Below are positions 48,541-59,500 of a stretch of 64,000 bases of DNA, in pieces. Position numbers and translations under genes: made by a program. Positions within the stretch are counted from its first letter, which is position 1, and every line of letters starts with the position of its first letter. The stretch comes from Candidatus Poribacteria bacterium (GTDB taxonomy: Bacteria; Poribacteria; WGA-4E; WGA-3G). The stretch is from positions 2,679,223-2,743,222 of the forward strand of contig CBDANF010000003.1 in assembly GCA_965197475.1 (NCBI GenBank). The letters run 5' to 3'. A model generated the notes under the pieces. The model was not told the DNA's origin. It did no database searches and saw only the letters and a program-made list of their open reading frames with translations.

Positions 48541-51444
48541 TCACTCAACCGAAACCGCAATTGGCTGATACCCAAAAACAGCTTTTCCATTGCTCATTAA
48601 CGGCGATTCACTGCCAGGGTCAGTAATATCAACCGTCCAGAGTTGTCCGTTATTTTCATAGAGTATCCAGCGTCCGTTCGGTGGCACCCAGACGGGACGA
48701 CTACCGCCCATCTCAGTTATTTTTTCCTCTGTGGGTTGACCGGTATCGGAAAAAGTAACTATCCAAATTTGACGGGAGTTTTCACCTGTCCCGCGTGAAA
48801 AAGCGAGGATATTTTGGTCAGCAGGATGCCAAGCGGGTTCCGCATCATCTGCCGGGGAGATAACGATCGACTCAACACTGTTTGTTACATGGTCAAAGGC
48901 ATAGATGTTACGGTTTTCCCCAACTTGCGGATTTTCAATTGTTCCCACAGTCGCATAAGCAAGCAGCTGTCCATCTCTGCGCCATGCCGGATTAGTCATT
49001 TCACGGGCTGTTGAAGGAATTCGGAAAATCTCTTCGCTCCGTAGATGTTGGATAAGGATCCGTTTACGGCCGCTTGGCTCCGTATGTGAATATGCAAGAT
49101 ATTCACCATCGGCGGAGATCGTGACATCTTCCGCAAGATGCCGATTATCAAGAAAGACCATGCTTTTTCCCGTAGCAATATCTTTGAGAATGACATTGTC
49201 ATCAAAATCATGGTAAACAAGTGTCCCATTTTCCGATGCAGAGGGGCGAAAACCCGCACCGAGCGGTGCAACCCGTGTGTCAACTACTACGGAAGACTCA
49301 TCGCCTGCTTCAGCATCAACTGCGCGGTCAGCTGCCGTAGCCGGAGCTATCCGCCATAAAACGCCATCATGGCTATAATAGATAAACACAGACTCTGCAG
49401 CAAGCGAAAACCCATCTACACTCAAACCTTGGAGTAGTCCCTCGTTAGTCTCAGTCTTATTGTCCTTTCCATCCTCTTCAGGCGTTTCTGTAGCTTTAAG
49501 AATATTCGCTGTGTTCGGTTCAAATTTGTCGCTGTTTTTCAGTTTCCAACCAGCACCATCCGCCTCAAAGTGAAACGCTAAGCCTCTTGTCCAATACATC
49601 CACTCTTCAATCATTTTTCCATTCCGTGTGTATTTGAAAATATCCTCAGGTTCCCCATACATCCGTGCGATATTCCACCGTCCACCATCTGAGAGTTCAG
49701 CCATTGTGCCTTTCTCATCAACATAAGACGCTAAAATGTCAATATCCACATGTGGTGTTGTTTTGCCGGAAAACACGGTGATAGCAGCTGGAGTGCCGCG
49801 CACTGGTTGATGTGTGCCGTAAATCCCGATTCCGTCCGATGTTCCTGAGCGTGCATCACCGTTTTGGTCAACGATTGCCATGACATAGTATTTGCCGGGT
49901 TTCACGTCAACAAGGTATGTGCCATCTTCGTCAAGAAAAAGCGGCATCCACATCGGTGAACTGAAGTCCGGTGTCGTAGACAGACTCAAAATACCATCCG
50001 GGACAGGTGCCTCATTCTCCGATGTAACGTTTTTATTTGCTGCTTTAGTAGTACGCGAGGACAAAAATGACGTGATTTTGCCAGTGATACTCCCCATCTG
50101 TTCCTCTGAAGGTATTCCGGCGGTTGGATTCGATCCGAGATCAACGGTAGAACGCGTGTTTTCTAAATTGGATAATGCAACAAGCTGCCCATCCGCATCA
50201 TAATGTGCGCTCATCCGAATGTAAACGGCACGCGTTTTCCCCTCATCAACGGTTAACAAAGCAGGTGGTATTGTCGCAATTGCGTCTGTTCCAAAACCGC
50301 CAAGACTATCACCTACGCTGTACTTGCCGTCTCCATCCACGTCATGATTCGCGATAAAATAGTACTCACCTGGCGGTAATTGGAGACAATACTGCCCTTC
50401 TGCATCTGTTTTGGTTATCACAATAGGATTCACCAACGCAGAAGTAGGGTATACTTCAACCCGAACCGCTGTACCCGTTTGTGGAATTGGCATTATACGA
50501 CCAGAAACAATCGCAGTGCTTTCCTGAATTTTCGTTTGATGTTTCGCAGTATAGGTGGCAGAAACCAGGATCTCTAAATCCTCAGTAAATGCGTTAGGTT
50601 TAATCAACACAGGTTCTGGAAAGGCACCACGTTTATGAATATCTGTAACGCCATAAAAGCCGAACGTGTCCCCTACGTCAAGTTTGTTACTGGAATTCTT
50701 ATCAACAATCGCCATCAGATAGTATTTACCCGGTTTCAATCGAAGTTCCCACGCACCGGTTTTGGTATCAACAACAGCAATCCCAGCCCGATATTTCCAT
50801 GACGTGTCTGTATACGCAAGGATAAGCCGTTGGACTTCAGTACCTACCGCTTTTTCAGTATATTTCAGTATGCCTTGACAACCTGATGTCGCTTGGGTTA
50901 ACTCGCTCTTGAATCGTCGGTACTCACTTGGTCGGTATGTGGAAGCAGCAACCAGTTTGAGTTCATCCCCTGTCCGTTGCAGACGAGCCGTAATCGGAAT
51001 CTTTATCCCCTTCAATTGTGTGTTTGAACCGATATCGACCGCCTGATGTTTTTGCGCTTTATTTTGCCAATCTTTTACTCCCAAGACACCGTAAGCATCT
51101 CCCTCGTCAAATTTGCCGGAACCATCAACATCAATATAAGCAACTAAATAATACCTACCCGGTTCCACACGGAGTGTGAATGTCCCTGTTTTCAAACGGG
51201 ATACACCACTAGTATAAAGGTCTTTGAGTTTTTCATCGCGATATACCGACACATTTGTTTGTGAAAGGTCCTGTCCCTCCCAAATAATCTCTCCGGACAG
51301 TGTCGCTGTCATACGTTTGATTGAAGATTCGGGGTTAGCAGAACCAGGTGGAAACGCCTGATTTGACGATTGTTGTGCATAGAGTAACAGATTCCCGATT
51401 AATCCGATGCCAATAATAAGTGTAAAAAATGCCAATCGTTTCAT
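48541..51444 (-). CDS. Secreted protein: four DUF2141-like beta-sandwich repeats plus C-terminal TolB/PD40-type beta-propeller
   Basis: The 967-aa ORF has a signal peptide. A fourfold repeat is visible: G(R/K/E)YY(L/F/V)xAxxDxxGxGKxDxGDxxGxxG. The C-terminus carries PD40-like repeats (ISADGEYLAYSH, PAWRRDGQLLAYAT, EPAWHPADQNILAFS, RPVWVPPNGRWILY). Confidence 0.75.
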   Translation of the reverse strand: MKRLAFFTLIIGIGLIGNLLLYAQQSSNQAFPPGSANPESSIKRMTATLSGEIIWEGQDLSQTNVSVYRDEKLKDLYTSGVSRLKTGTFTLRVEPGRYYLVAYIDVDGSGKFDEGDAYGVLGVKDWQNKAQKHQAVDIGSNTQLKGIKIPITARLQRTGDELKLVAASTYRPSEYRRFKSELTQATSGCQGILKYTEKAVGTEVQRLILAYTDTSWKYRAGIAVVDTKTGAWELRLKPGKYYLMAIVDKNSSNKLDVGDTFGFYGVTDIHKRGAFPEPVLIKPNAFTEDLEILVSATYTAKHQTKIQESTAIVSGRIMPIPQTGTAVRVEVYPTSALVNPIVITKTDAEGQYCLQLPPGEYYFIANHDVDGDGKYSVGDSLGGFGTDAIATIPPALLTVDEGKTRAVYIRMSAHYDADGQLVALSNLENTRSTVDLGSNPTAGIPSEEQMGSITGKITSFLSSRTTKAANKNVTSENEAPVPDGILSLSTTPDFSSPMWMPLFLDEDGTYLVDVKPGKYYVMAIVDQNGDARSGTSDGIGIYGTHQPVRGTPAAITVFSGKTTPHVDIDILASYVDEKGTMAELSDGGRWNIARMYGEPEDIFKYTRNGKMIEEWMYWTRGLAFHFEADGAGWKLKNSDKFEPNTANILKATETPEEDGKDNKTETNEGLLQGLSVDGFSLAAESVFIYYSHDGVLWRIAPATAADRAVDAEAGDESSVVVDTRVAPLGAGFRPSASENGTLVYHDFDDNVILKDIATGKSMVFLDNRHLAEDVTISADGEYLAYSHTEPSGRKRILIQHLRSEEIFRIPSTAREMTNPAWRRDGQLLAYATVGTIENPQVGENRNIYAFDHVTNSVESIVISPADDAEPAWHPADQNILAFSRGTGENSRQIWIVTFSDTGQPTEEKITEMGGSRPVWVPPNGRWILYENNGQLWTVDITDPGSESPLMSNGKAVFGYQPIAVSVE

Positions 51445-51560
51445 AATTACTCTGTCTCCATTTTGATCCGATTACTTGTAATATATTGTAGTCCCTCTTA
51501 TTTCCTGTTTTCATTTTATCATATCTTTGAACAATTATCAAGGAAATCATGGGCTGCGCA

Positions 51561-51600
51561 GAGCCATTCAGTTCGTAGGTTGGGTAGAGCGCAAGCGAAA
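51561..51600. repeat. REP family 2 copy
   Basis: gttcgtaggttgggtagagcgcaagcgaaacccaacaatt. Confidence 0.75.
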
Positions 51601-51777
51601 CCCAACAATTAACCAGTTTGTAGGAGGTCTGTATAGTTCTTGGCATTAACCACACCCTCATTTGTAGTGGCTTGTAAGCACGCCAATCAAGATGTATCGT
51701 TAATTGTAAAATCTACTCTAAATGAGTCTGATACTTGTAATAATCCAAGTGATACAAATCTATGAATATGGTATCAT

Positions 51778-52116
51778 GTGAAATACATTGATGTCCTGTT
51801 TTTAGACGAACCTTTTACCAATCTCGATGTTACGACCGTGACATTTCTGAAATCATTACTCCAACGTTTAGCCGATTTGGGCAAAACAATACTCTACTGC
51901 ACACACATACTTGAAGTGGCAGAAACGCTCTGCCCGCGAATTATGATTATCAATAACGGAAAACTCATCGCAGACGCACCGGTGGCGGCGTTACAGCAGC
52001 AGACAAATCAGACAGCACTCAACGAAATTTTTGTCCAGTTGACTGAAACAATAGGACTTGATGAGAAAACTGATGAAGCAGTTCGGATTGTGATGGAGGA
52101 CACACCGAATGCTTGA
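51778..52116 (+). pseudogene. 5'-truncated ABC-transporter ATPase remnant
   Basis: The 112-aa ORF begins just before the Walker B motif (VLFLDEPFTNLDV) and includes the H-loop (LYCTHILE). Walker A and the LSGGQ signature are missing. An in-frame TGA lies 15 nt upstream, and the upstream DNA is repeat-filled. Confidence 0.65.
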
Positions 52117-53722
52117 GAAAATTGCTGGAATATTTGACGTATCCTCAACCCAGTACAAATATCTCCTACAGACAGAAAAAACCGTCACGAAACGATCACT
52201 TGAAGGACAACCCCTTGCTTCAAACATATTGAACTACGTGTTCAGTTTTTTGATTAGTGCAACGTTTTTCTTTATTCCGTTACTGATAAACATTTCTGTC
52301 TATAACTACGCACTGATAGGAATAACTGTATCGATGGTGATGATAGGGATATGGACGCTACCCTACTTTGATATTCTCATCTACCCCATAAACTATCCCG
52401 TTGTGGCGCATACACCGATATCATCGCGCACCTATTTTCTTGTGAAGTTGACACAGATACTCAGTTATACTGTCAAGTTGTTGGTTTGTCTAAATCTCAT
52501 ACCTGCTATCGGCGGCATTTGGATTCGTAGTGGAGAATCTTCTCAGCTCCAAATCCTTTTTCCGTTAGTCTATCTCCCTATCGCTATTATTTCCGGCATA
52601 TTCACTATTGGTATTATGACAACATTTGCAGGGTTTTTGACAAAGCTATACGCCTATAAAAAACTACGAAATCTCGCCAAATTTTCTCAAGGATTATTTC
52701 CTGTACTGTTTCCATCAGTGTGGATGATCATTTATTTCCTCCCTAAAGACATCCCCAAGGATACTACTATAGAAATGTTTTCCTCCGCTGCAAAATGGTT
52801 CTATGCCCTTCCGAACGGTTGGTTTGCTGCCACAGTCTCGGTCGGACTTGGACAAATAGAAATCCGTTTTCTGATTTTAACTGTACTCGCCGTTATTTCA
52901 ACTGCTTTCTTAGTCCTTGTGCCACTTCAAAGCATCGCTAAAACATATTCAAAATACCTTTCCTACCTATTAGAAACGGATATCAAGCAAAAATTCAAGT
53001 TAAAAGTCAAAATCCCTCGGTTTGCAAAAATTATCCGAAACCGCATTATCCTTGCGGGTCTTTGTATGAGTTCAGTATATTTCTGCCGAGATAAAAGGAT
53101 GCTGCAAGGGGTATTAGGTATGCTTGGAAGTTCCATCGGCTTTTTTGTTCTCTTTACACAGGCAGATAAATTTTATTTGGGATGGATTGTGAAGTCATAC
53201 ATTCCCGGACTAAACCCCGCGTTTTTTACGGTGTCCTGTTTTTTCGGTGTAGGCTTCGTAAGCATTTTTCTCTCTACTGTCAGGTATACGGAACATTGGA
53301 AGGCATCGTGGATGTTTAGGGTTATACCGCTTACGGCACCTCTTGACTTATGGCGCGGCGCACAGATAACCACTATGCTCTATGCTGTTATGCCGTATAC
53401 GCTTTTGCTGTACGCTATTGCTATCGTCTTTTGGCGGGAAGCAGGGATTTTATATGTTTTGCCGAATCTGGTCTTTATCTTGTATAATATCCTGCTTCAC
53501 CCAAAACCTGAATCGGGTTTTCCATTCTCTGAAGAAATCAACCCAAAGAAAGGCGGAATGGGGTGTGCACATTTTATCTATGTTAATCTTGCAATGATGC
53601 TCTTCATCGGTATCCACTTTATGGCTTACCTGATTCATGTGTGGGTATATATCGGGGTGTATTGCGTTATTGTGGTGGGTGGGCTTTTCGGGTTTGTTTA
53701 TCTTTTCACGAAAAGAGAGTGA
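52109..53722 (+). CDS. Polytopic membrane protein (putative permease partner of the ABC remnant)
   Basis: The 537-aa ORF overlaps the ATPase remnant stop by 8 nt and has at least 10 hydrophobic segments. I recognised no diagnostic motif. Confidence 0.55.
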   Translation: MLEKIAGIFDVSSTQYKYLLQTEKTVTKRSLEGQPLASNILNYVFSFLISATFFFIPLLINISVYNYALIGITVSMVMIGIWTLPYFDILIYPINYPVVAHTPISSRTYFLVKLTQILSYTVKLLVCLNLIPAIGGIWIRSGESSQLQILFPLVYLPIAIISGIFTIGIMTTFAGFLTKLYAYKKLRNLAKFSQGLFPVLFPSVWMIIYFLPKDIPKDTTIEMFSSAAKWFYALPNGWFAATVSVGLGQIEIRFLILTVLAVISTAFLVLVPLQSIAKTYSKYLSYLLETDIKQKFKLKVKIPRFAKIIRNRIILAGLCMSSVYFCRDKRMLQGVLGMLGSSIGFFVLFTQADKFYLGWIVKSYIPGLNPAFFTVSCFFGVGFVSIFLSTVRYTEHWKASWMFRVIPLTAPLDLWRGAQITTMLYAVMPYTLLLYAIAIVFWREAGILYVLPNLVFILYNILLHPKPESGFPFSEEINPKKGGMGCAHFIYVNLAMMLFIGIHFMAYLIHVWVYIGVYCVIVVGGLFGFVYLFTKRE

Positions 53723-53854
53723 AAAGGCACACTTAAAAGTAGCAGGCACGCTGTGTGTGCCGTAACTATAGGCAAAGAGACGCAATGAATTGCGCACTAC
53801 AAATGCCGATTTTGCACTCCTGAGACGCGGTGGATAGCACACGGAATGTGACTA

Positions 53855-55222
53855 CTACTTCGCCAAATCTTTTGCTTTTTTGAACTTCTGTTTAGCGAAT
53901 TGTCCCCATTCTTTGATCTTCTCGTTCCGATACACTTGGTCTTTCCAGTCTGATGCAGCAATTTTCATTGCCTCCTCTTCAGAAATCGGCATCTCCACCA
54001 GTGCTGCTATCGCCGCTTCGCGTTTTTCTGCGTCTTTACAATTGCTAATCGCTTTCCATGCATCAACAAGGTCCTCATGCGGATCAATGATGAGAACACC
54101 AAAAAGATCATTAACAATATCCCATCGCGTACTGCCTTTTTCAGCATCATAAGGAAACGGAGTTAATTGTAACGCGAACGGGTTCGTAACAACGCACCGA
54201 TCCCCTAATTTATCATAGAGTGCTGGGAGTACACTGGCACGATTCAGTCCACCTTTCCATTTAGGGCCCTCAGGATCACTGTCGCGTAGCATCCACAGTT
54301 TTTGTGCCTTTTCAGACAAAACGAACGCAACAAACTTTTTCGCCACATCCATGTTCGGCGCGCCTTTAAAGATTGCGATGGAGTCCGGATTGACAACAGT
54401 ACCATCGGTCGGCAAAACATATTTGATTTTATCAGCACCCACTGCCGCTATCTGACTGTAAGCATAAAAATCAATGGCTAACCCATAAATCACTTCCCCG
54501 TTAGCAACGTCCCTTGGAATAACATTGGAGCCAGCGGAGAACTTTTTCACATTTCCGCCCAATTTCGTCAGGAGCGCAAATCCCTTATCCCATCCGTGCG
54601 TTTGAAGGATAATCTCATACATCATATGCGCGCTACCGCTTTCATTCGGATCCGCTGCACCAATTCTATTGATCAAAGCGATGTCACCCAAATCCTCCCA
54701 TTTTGTGGTTTTAGGGAGTTTGCGCAGCTCACGCACCTGATCATTATACATAATACCGAAACTTGACAACGCCGCACCATACCACCGATGCTTGACATCA
54801 TAAACAGGAATACCATGATACATTTGTGGAATCTGTTTCAGTTGGGCATCGGGGAGTTTGTATGAAGTTAACAACCCCATCTCAGCAAGACGCAGATAAC
54901 TGTCCGTTCCACCGCCAAAGAAAATATCAATACCGATACCATCTGGCACCCGCTCAAACTCTGATACAATATTCCGATAGTTGGTAGAGGTGCCGCCGGC
55001 ATCTCGCCAATCAGTTTCAACTGTTCTGCCAGTCTCTACTTCATACCATTTTTCAAAGTTATCGCCGAATTCCTTCTCAATACTTTCGGGATGGGGAGAT
55101 ATAATTATGAGTTTATCCTGTGCAGATACGGCAACCGACAATGCCATTAGGCAGAGCAGTAACCCAAATGTTGCGATATGGGGAACCTTCAAAATTCGCC
55201 CTAACGGATTTAAAATGGACAT
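53855..55222 (-). CDS. ABC-transporter periplasmic substrate-binding protein (iron/polyamine-type)
   Basis: I place the start at ATG 55220-55222 (MSILNPLGRILKVPHIATFGLLLCLMALSVAVSAQ), which has a GGAGA RBS 8 nt upstream. The longer track ORF (to 55381) would translate a REP family 2 copy. The body resembles type-II SBP folds. Confidence 0.7.
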   Translation of the reverse strand: MSILNPLGRILKVPHIATFGLLLCLMALSVAVSAQDKLIIISPHPESIEKEFGDNFEKWYEVETGRTVETDWRDAGGTSTNYRNIVSEFERVPDGIGIDIFFGGGTDSYLRLAEMGLLTSYKLPDAQLKQIPQMYHGIPVYDVKHRWYGAALSSFGIMYNDQVRELRKLPKTTKWEDLGDIALINRIGAADPNESGSAHMMYEIILQTHGWDKGFALLTKLGGNVKKFSAGSNVIPRDVANGEVIYGLAIDFYAYSQIAAVGADKIKYVLPTDGTVVNPDSIAIFKGAPNMDVAKKFVAFVLSEKAQKLWMLRDSDPEGPKWKGGLNRASVLPALYDKLGDRCVVTNPFALQLTPFPYDAEKGSTRWDIVNDLFGVLIIDPHEDLVDAWKAISNCKDAEKREAAIAALVEMPISEEEAMKIAASDWKDQVYRNEKIKEWGQFAKQKFKKAKDLAK

Positions 55223-55252
55223 GGTTGTGATTTCTCCTCTGAATATTGAAAT

Positions 55253-55291
55253 TTTTGTAGGTTGGGTAGAGCGTGCGAAACCCAACAAATT
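55253..55291. repeat. REP family 2 copy
   Basis: ttttgtaggttgggtagagcgtgcgaaacccaacaaatt. Confidence 0.75.
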
Positions 55292-55656
55292 CTGATTTAC
55301 GAGATGCTCTCTACAATCAGTAATAATAGCAACTGAAAACCGAAACCGATAAAATGTCTTAGATTCTAAACAGCGAAACAATATCCCGTATTTTCCACAT
55401 TAAAATCAAGATGCCACCAAGCAGTATTAGATACCACACAATCATCGGTATTATCCGCTTTTTCTTAAAGAACGAACGGGATGGTCTCTTCTGTTCCATT
55501 ATATCGCTCCTTACGCTTATCTTGTTAGAAAGGATTGCACCTCAGACACTGTTGCGATTATGATAGCATATATCACGGAAAAATGTCAAATCCTATTCTG
55601 TGAATTTTCGTAACTTGCATTGCTATATTCTTCGTTATTATGGTATAATAACACCT

Positions 55657-56595
55657 ATGGAAAATCTTCTACTTGCTGAACATTCAGCTTCTCCATATCT
55701 GATTAATCCATCATTTTCAGGGCACCAAACCTTTCCGTTTCGGTATACGTGGCTAAAGAAGGGCGTTGATGCGGCGACAGAAGATCCAACGATCTTTTCA
55801 TCAGAATACGCTACTGTGACTTTAGGTGTCGGAAAAAACATGGTGGATTCTATTCGGCACTGGTGCAGCGTTGCAGGACTCATCAAAGCAGATTATCATC
55901 AACGCGGTCGATTCGTTCCCACTATCCTTGGCAAATCCATTTTTGATGACAAAAAAGGATTTGACCCGTACCTTGATGATCCTGCCACTTTGTGGTTGAT
56001 TCACTGGCAGATCACAACGAATATCAATCAGGCAACCGCGTGGTATTGGGCATTTAATATTCTAAAGAAAAATCAATTCATTCGTTCAACATTCATGAAA
56101 GAGTTGTACGAATGGGTACGACAACAGAAAGAATCCACGCCGCTTGCTTCTGACAACACACTTCAACGGGATGTTAATTGCTTTATCCGAACCTACTGCC
56201 AGTCACGTCACAGTGCTGCTGTAGTGGAAGAGACGTTTGACTGTCCACTCGTTGAACTCAACTTAATAGCTGAATTGCCAGATGGTGAAGGGTATGGATT
56301 CCAGCGCGGCGAAAAAGAGACGTTACCAATTGAGGTTGTTACCGCAACACTCATAGCCTTTTGGGATGTTCGTTTTTCCGAAAGGGACGCACTGTCTTTC
56401 ACAGACCTGATGTACGCCCCCTTAAGTCCAGGACGAATTTTCAGATTAGACGAAGACACGATGACGATATATCTTGAAAAACTTGAACAACTCACCGATG
56501 GCGCACTGCTATACGACGAAACCGCTGACCTGAAGCAGGTCTATCGATATAGAGATTTTAATCCGATGCAGGCTTTAAAGAGGTATTATGGGTAA
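55657..56595 (+). CDS. sspB: DUF4007-type protein, SspB-like (phosphorothioation-associated nickase family)
   Basis: The N-terminus PSFSGHQTFPFRYTWLKKGVD matches the hallmark DUF4007 opening motif (F-x-GH-x-TF-x-x-RY-x-WL-KK), recognised from memory. I prefer ATG 55657 to GTG 55600. An extended -10 (TGGTATAAT, 55641-55649) lies 7 nt upstream of this ATG, so the mRNA may be leaderless. Confidence 0.65.
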   Translation: MENLLLAEHSASPYLINPSFSGHQTFPFRYTWLKKGVDAATEDPTIFSSEYATVTLGVGKNMVDSIRHWCSVAGLIKADYHQRGRFVPTILGKSIFDDKKGFDPYLDDPATLWLIHWQITTNINQATAWYWAFNILKKNQFIRSTFMKELYEWVRQQKESTPLASDNTLQRDVNCFIRTYCQSRHSAAVVEETFDCPLVELNLIAELPDGEGYGFQRGEKETLPIEVVTATLIAFWDVRFSERDALSFTDLMYAPLSPGRIFRLDEDTMTIYLEKLEQLTDGALLYDETADLKQVYRYRDFNPMQALKRYYG

Positions 56596-59500
56596 CGTTC
56601 CGCTGTCAGATCTTTTTCATATAAAAGGTCGTTTTCGCCGCTCGGTGCACATTGAACGTGACTTCTATACAGAAAATGCCCTTGATGGATACGTTTTAAC
56701 TGTCACCGCGCGGGAAATGTTATCACGTCTCATTGCAACGTTTGAAAATGAGGCAACATCTAAAGCGTGGTCACTTACCGGTCCCTACGGGTCGGGCAAA
56801 TCAGCATTTGCACTCTTCGCCGCGAAACTGCTTGGCAATTCTGATGCCCGGACAACACAACAAGCTTTTGAAATACTAAAACGTGGAGATGCCTCGTTAT
56901 ATGAACGATTCATCAGCACAAACGGTGATGAAAAGCGGACACCCTCTGGATTCTGTCCAGTACTTATCTCAGGAGAACGTGCACCACTTTCACTCGCTCT
57001 TTTGCGCGGTTTAGATCGCGGAATCACCACATCCAACGGAACACAAATTTCTATTTCACTACGTCAAGAACTTGATAATCTGTTGGAAACAGTAGAAAAT
57101 GACTCCCTACCATCTGCTTCTGAAGTTACGCGCTTATTTGAATTAGCAACGCACGAGATTTGTGATGCGGGAGGCTCCGGTATGTTGCTCGTAGTTGACG
57201 AACTCGGAAAATTTCTTGAATACGCCACGCAACACCCGACACAAGGCGATATGTTTATCCTGCAGAGTCTCGCGGAATTGGCAGACCGAAGCAAGCGAAC
57301 CCCGCTGTTTCTAATGACCATCCTCCATCAAGCTTTTGACGTTTACGCACAGCGTACCGCGCAATCGCAACGCGAAGAATGGGCGAAGGTTCAAGGACGA
57401 TTTGAAGATGTTGTCTTTGCCGAACCTACAGAACAGGTACTCCGTTTAGTCGGTACGGCACTTGAGAAGTCCTCAGAAATTATTTGCAAAGATAACCTTA
57501 ACACCGCAGCCGAATTAGGACTTAAACCGCGCCAACTTGACGAGAGCGAATTCTCCCAACTGTTGGAGAGTTGTCTTCCGCTTCACCCAACCGTAGCACT
57601 TCTTATCGGACCACTTTTTCGACGATTCGCACAGAATGAACGTTCCCTCTTCGCTTTTCTCAGCTCAAGTGAACCGTACGGGTTACAAGATTTCCTTTCA
57701 AACCAACACTACGACGGGTACCGACTGCAGACGTTTTCGCTCGCGGACCTATACGACTACCTTAACGCTACGCAGGGCAATAAACTCTATGCTTCAAGAA
57801 ACAGCAAAAAGTGGGTAGAAATTGAATCCGCAATAGCGCACTTGTCAGACCCATCCGACATGACAGTTAAACTGATTAAGACTATTGGTTTACTCAGCAT
57901 CGTTAGTGAACCAATTCCTAACTTGAAAGCCTCAGAACAGCTGCTCCGTTACGCATTAGACGATGGCACAGAAGAATTTGCAACCGAATTTGCTGAAACA
58001 CTTGCAACACTGAAAAAACGATCAATCATTATCCACCGTCGGTACAACAACACTTACGGACTCTGGGAAGGGAGTGACATTGATATTGAGTCAAAACTCC
58101 GTGAGGCAGAAACACACGTTGACACGAAAATCGCCCTCGCTACGGACCTATCGCGCTACATGCCCACGCGCCCGCTCGTTGCAAGACGGCACCTGTTTCA
58201 AACAGGGACCCTGCGCTACTTCACTATTCGCTACACCGATTTTGAAAACTTTGATACAGACCTCAAAGAACCGATCGGTGATGCAGACGGACTCGTTCTC
58301 TATGCTTTGCCTGCAAATGAATATGAGGTTAAGCAGCTCGTTGAAAAGGCAGGCAACATTGACACCGCAGATCACAAAGAGGTGCTAATTGCAATCCCGC
58401 ATTCCATCGGTTTTCTGGATGATGCTGTCACGCAACTTGCATGTTTACACTGGATTACGGACAACATACCTGAACTTGAAAGCGATGCAGTCGCAAGGCG
58501 CGAACTCTCAATGCAGCAGGTTGAAGTTGAACGCGATATGTCCCGTCAGTTAACAACAATTTTTAGCGGAGATAAGGAAGACATCCGTATGTGGTATAGC
58601 AACGGTCAAACGGTAGATATTAACTCGCAACGTGTCCGAAACGCGCACTTGTCAAAAATCTGTGATGCGGTTTTTCACAAAACACCCCTCATTCGGAATG
58701 AACTTATCAATCGTCGTAAAATCTCTGGTGCTGCAACATCCGCACGCAAGAAATTAATTCAAGCCATGCTTGAAAACGGTGACAAAGAAAATCTCGGCAT
58801 CACTGGCTATCCAGCTGAAATGAGTATCTACCGATCCCTCTTATGGAATACGGGGATACACCGTCGGGTCTCTGGTGTTTGGGGGTTCCACCCACCAAAA
58901 GCAGATGATAAAAACAAAATAACGCACGTGTGGAATGCAATCGAAATATTTCTTGAGAAGTGTGAAAATAAACGTCAATCTGTCATAAAACTTTATGAGC
59001 GTCTGATGGTGCCGCCTTACGGTGTGCGAAATGGTCCGCTCCCCATTCTGTTGTGTGTTGCGATTTTCCATTACAGAACAGAAATCGCACTTTATGAAAA
59101 CGGTTCCTTTGTTGCGGATCTATCTGTCCCAGTCTTTGAACGGTTGCTTAAAGTACCAGAGCAATTTGAACTGAAGCGATTTCGGTTAGCGGGTATCCGC
59201 GCAGAGCTCTTTGCACAATTTTTGAAGATGCTCAACCAACCTACAGAAACCGAAAACCCGGATCTATTGACGGTGGTCACACCGTTGATGCGCTTTATTG
59301 GACGGCTCCCGAAGTACACTTTGGCAACCCAAACGTTGAGTGATGCGGCAAAAAGAACGCGTGATACCGTCAGAAATGCACGTGAACCTGACGAACTTCT
59401 CTTTAAGCAGTTACCGGAGTCGCTCGGATTTTCCGCTTTTACTGCAAAAGCAGCAGATTCAAAGACAGTTTCAGATTTTTTCAATACGTTACAAGGTGCC

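Noticed and set aside
55223-55381. N-terminal 53-aa extension of the substrate-binding protein, and a 46-aa minus-strand ORF (55359..55499, MEQKRPSRSFFKKKRIIPMIVWYLILLGGILILMWK...)
   Set aside because: The extension translates a REP family 2 copy (FARSTQPTKISIF) and precedes a good RBS-ATG-signal peptide at 55222. The 46-aa ORF has one plausible TM helix but no RBS that I could support, and it is too short to judge.
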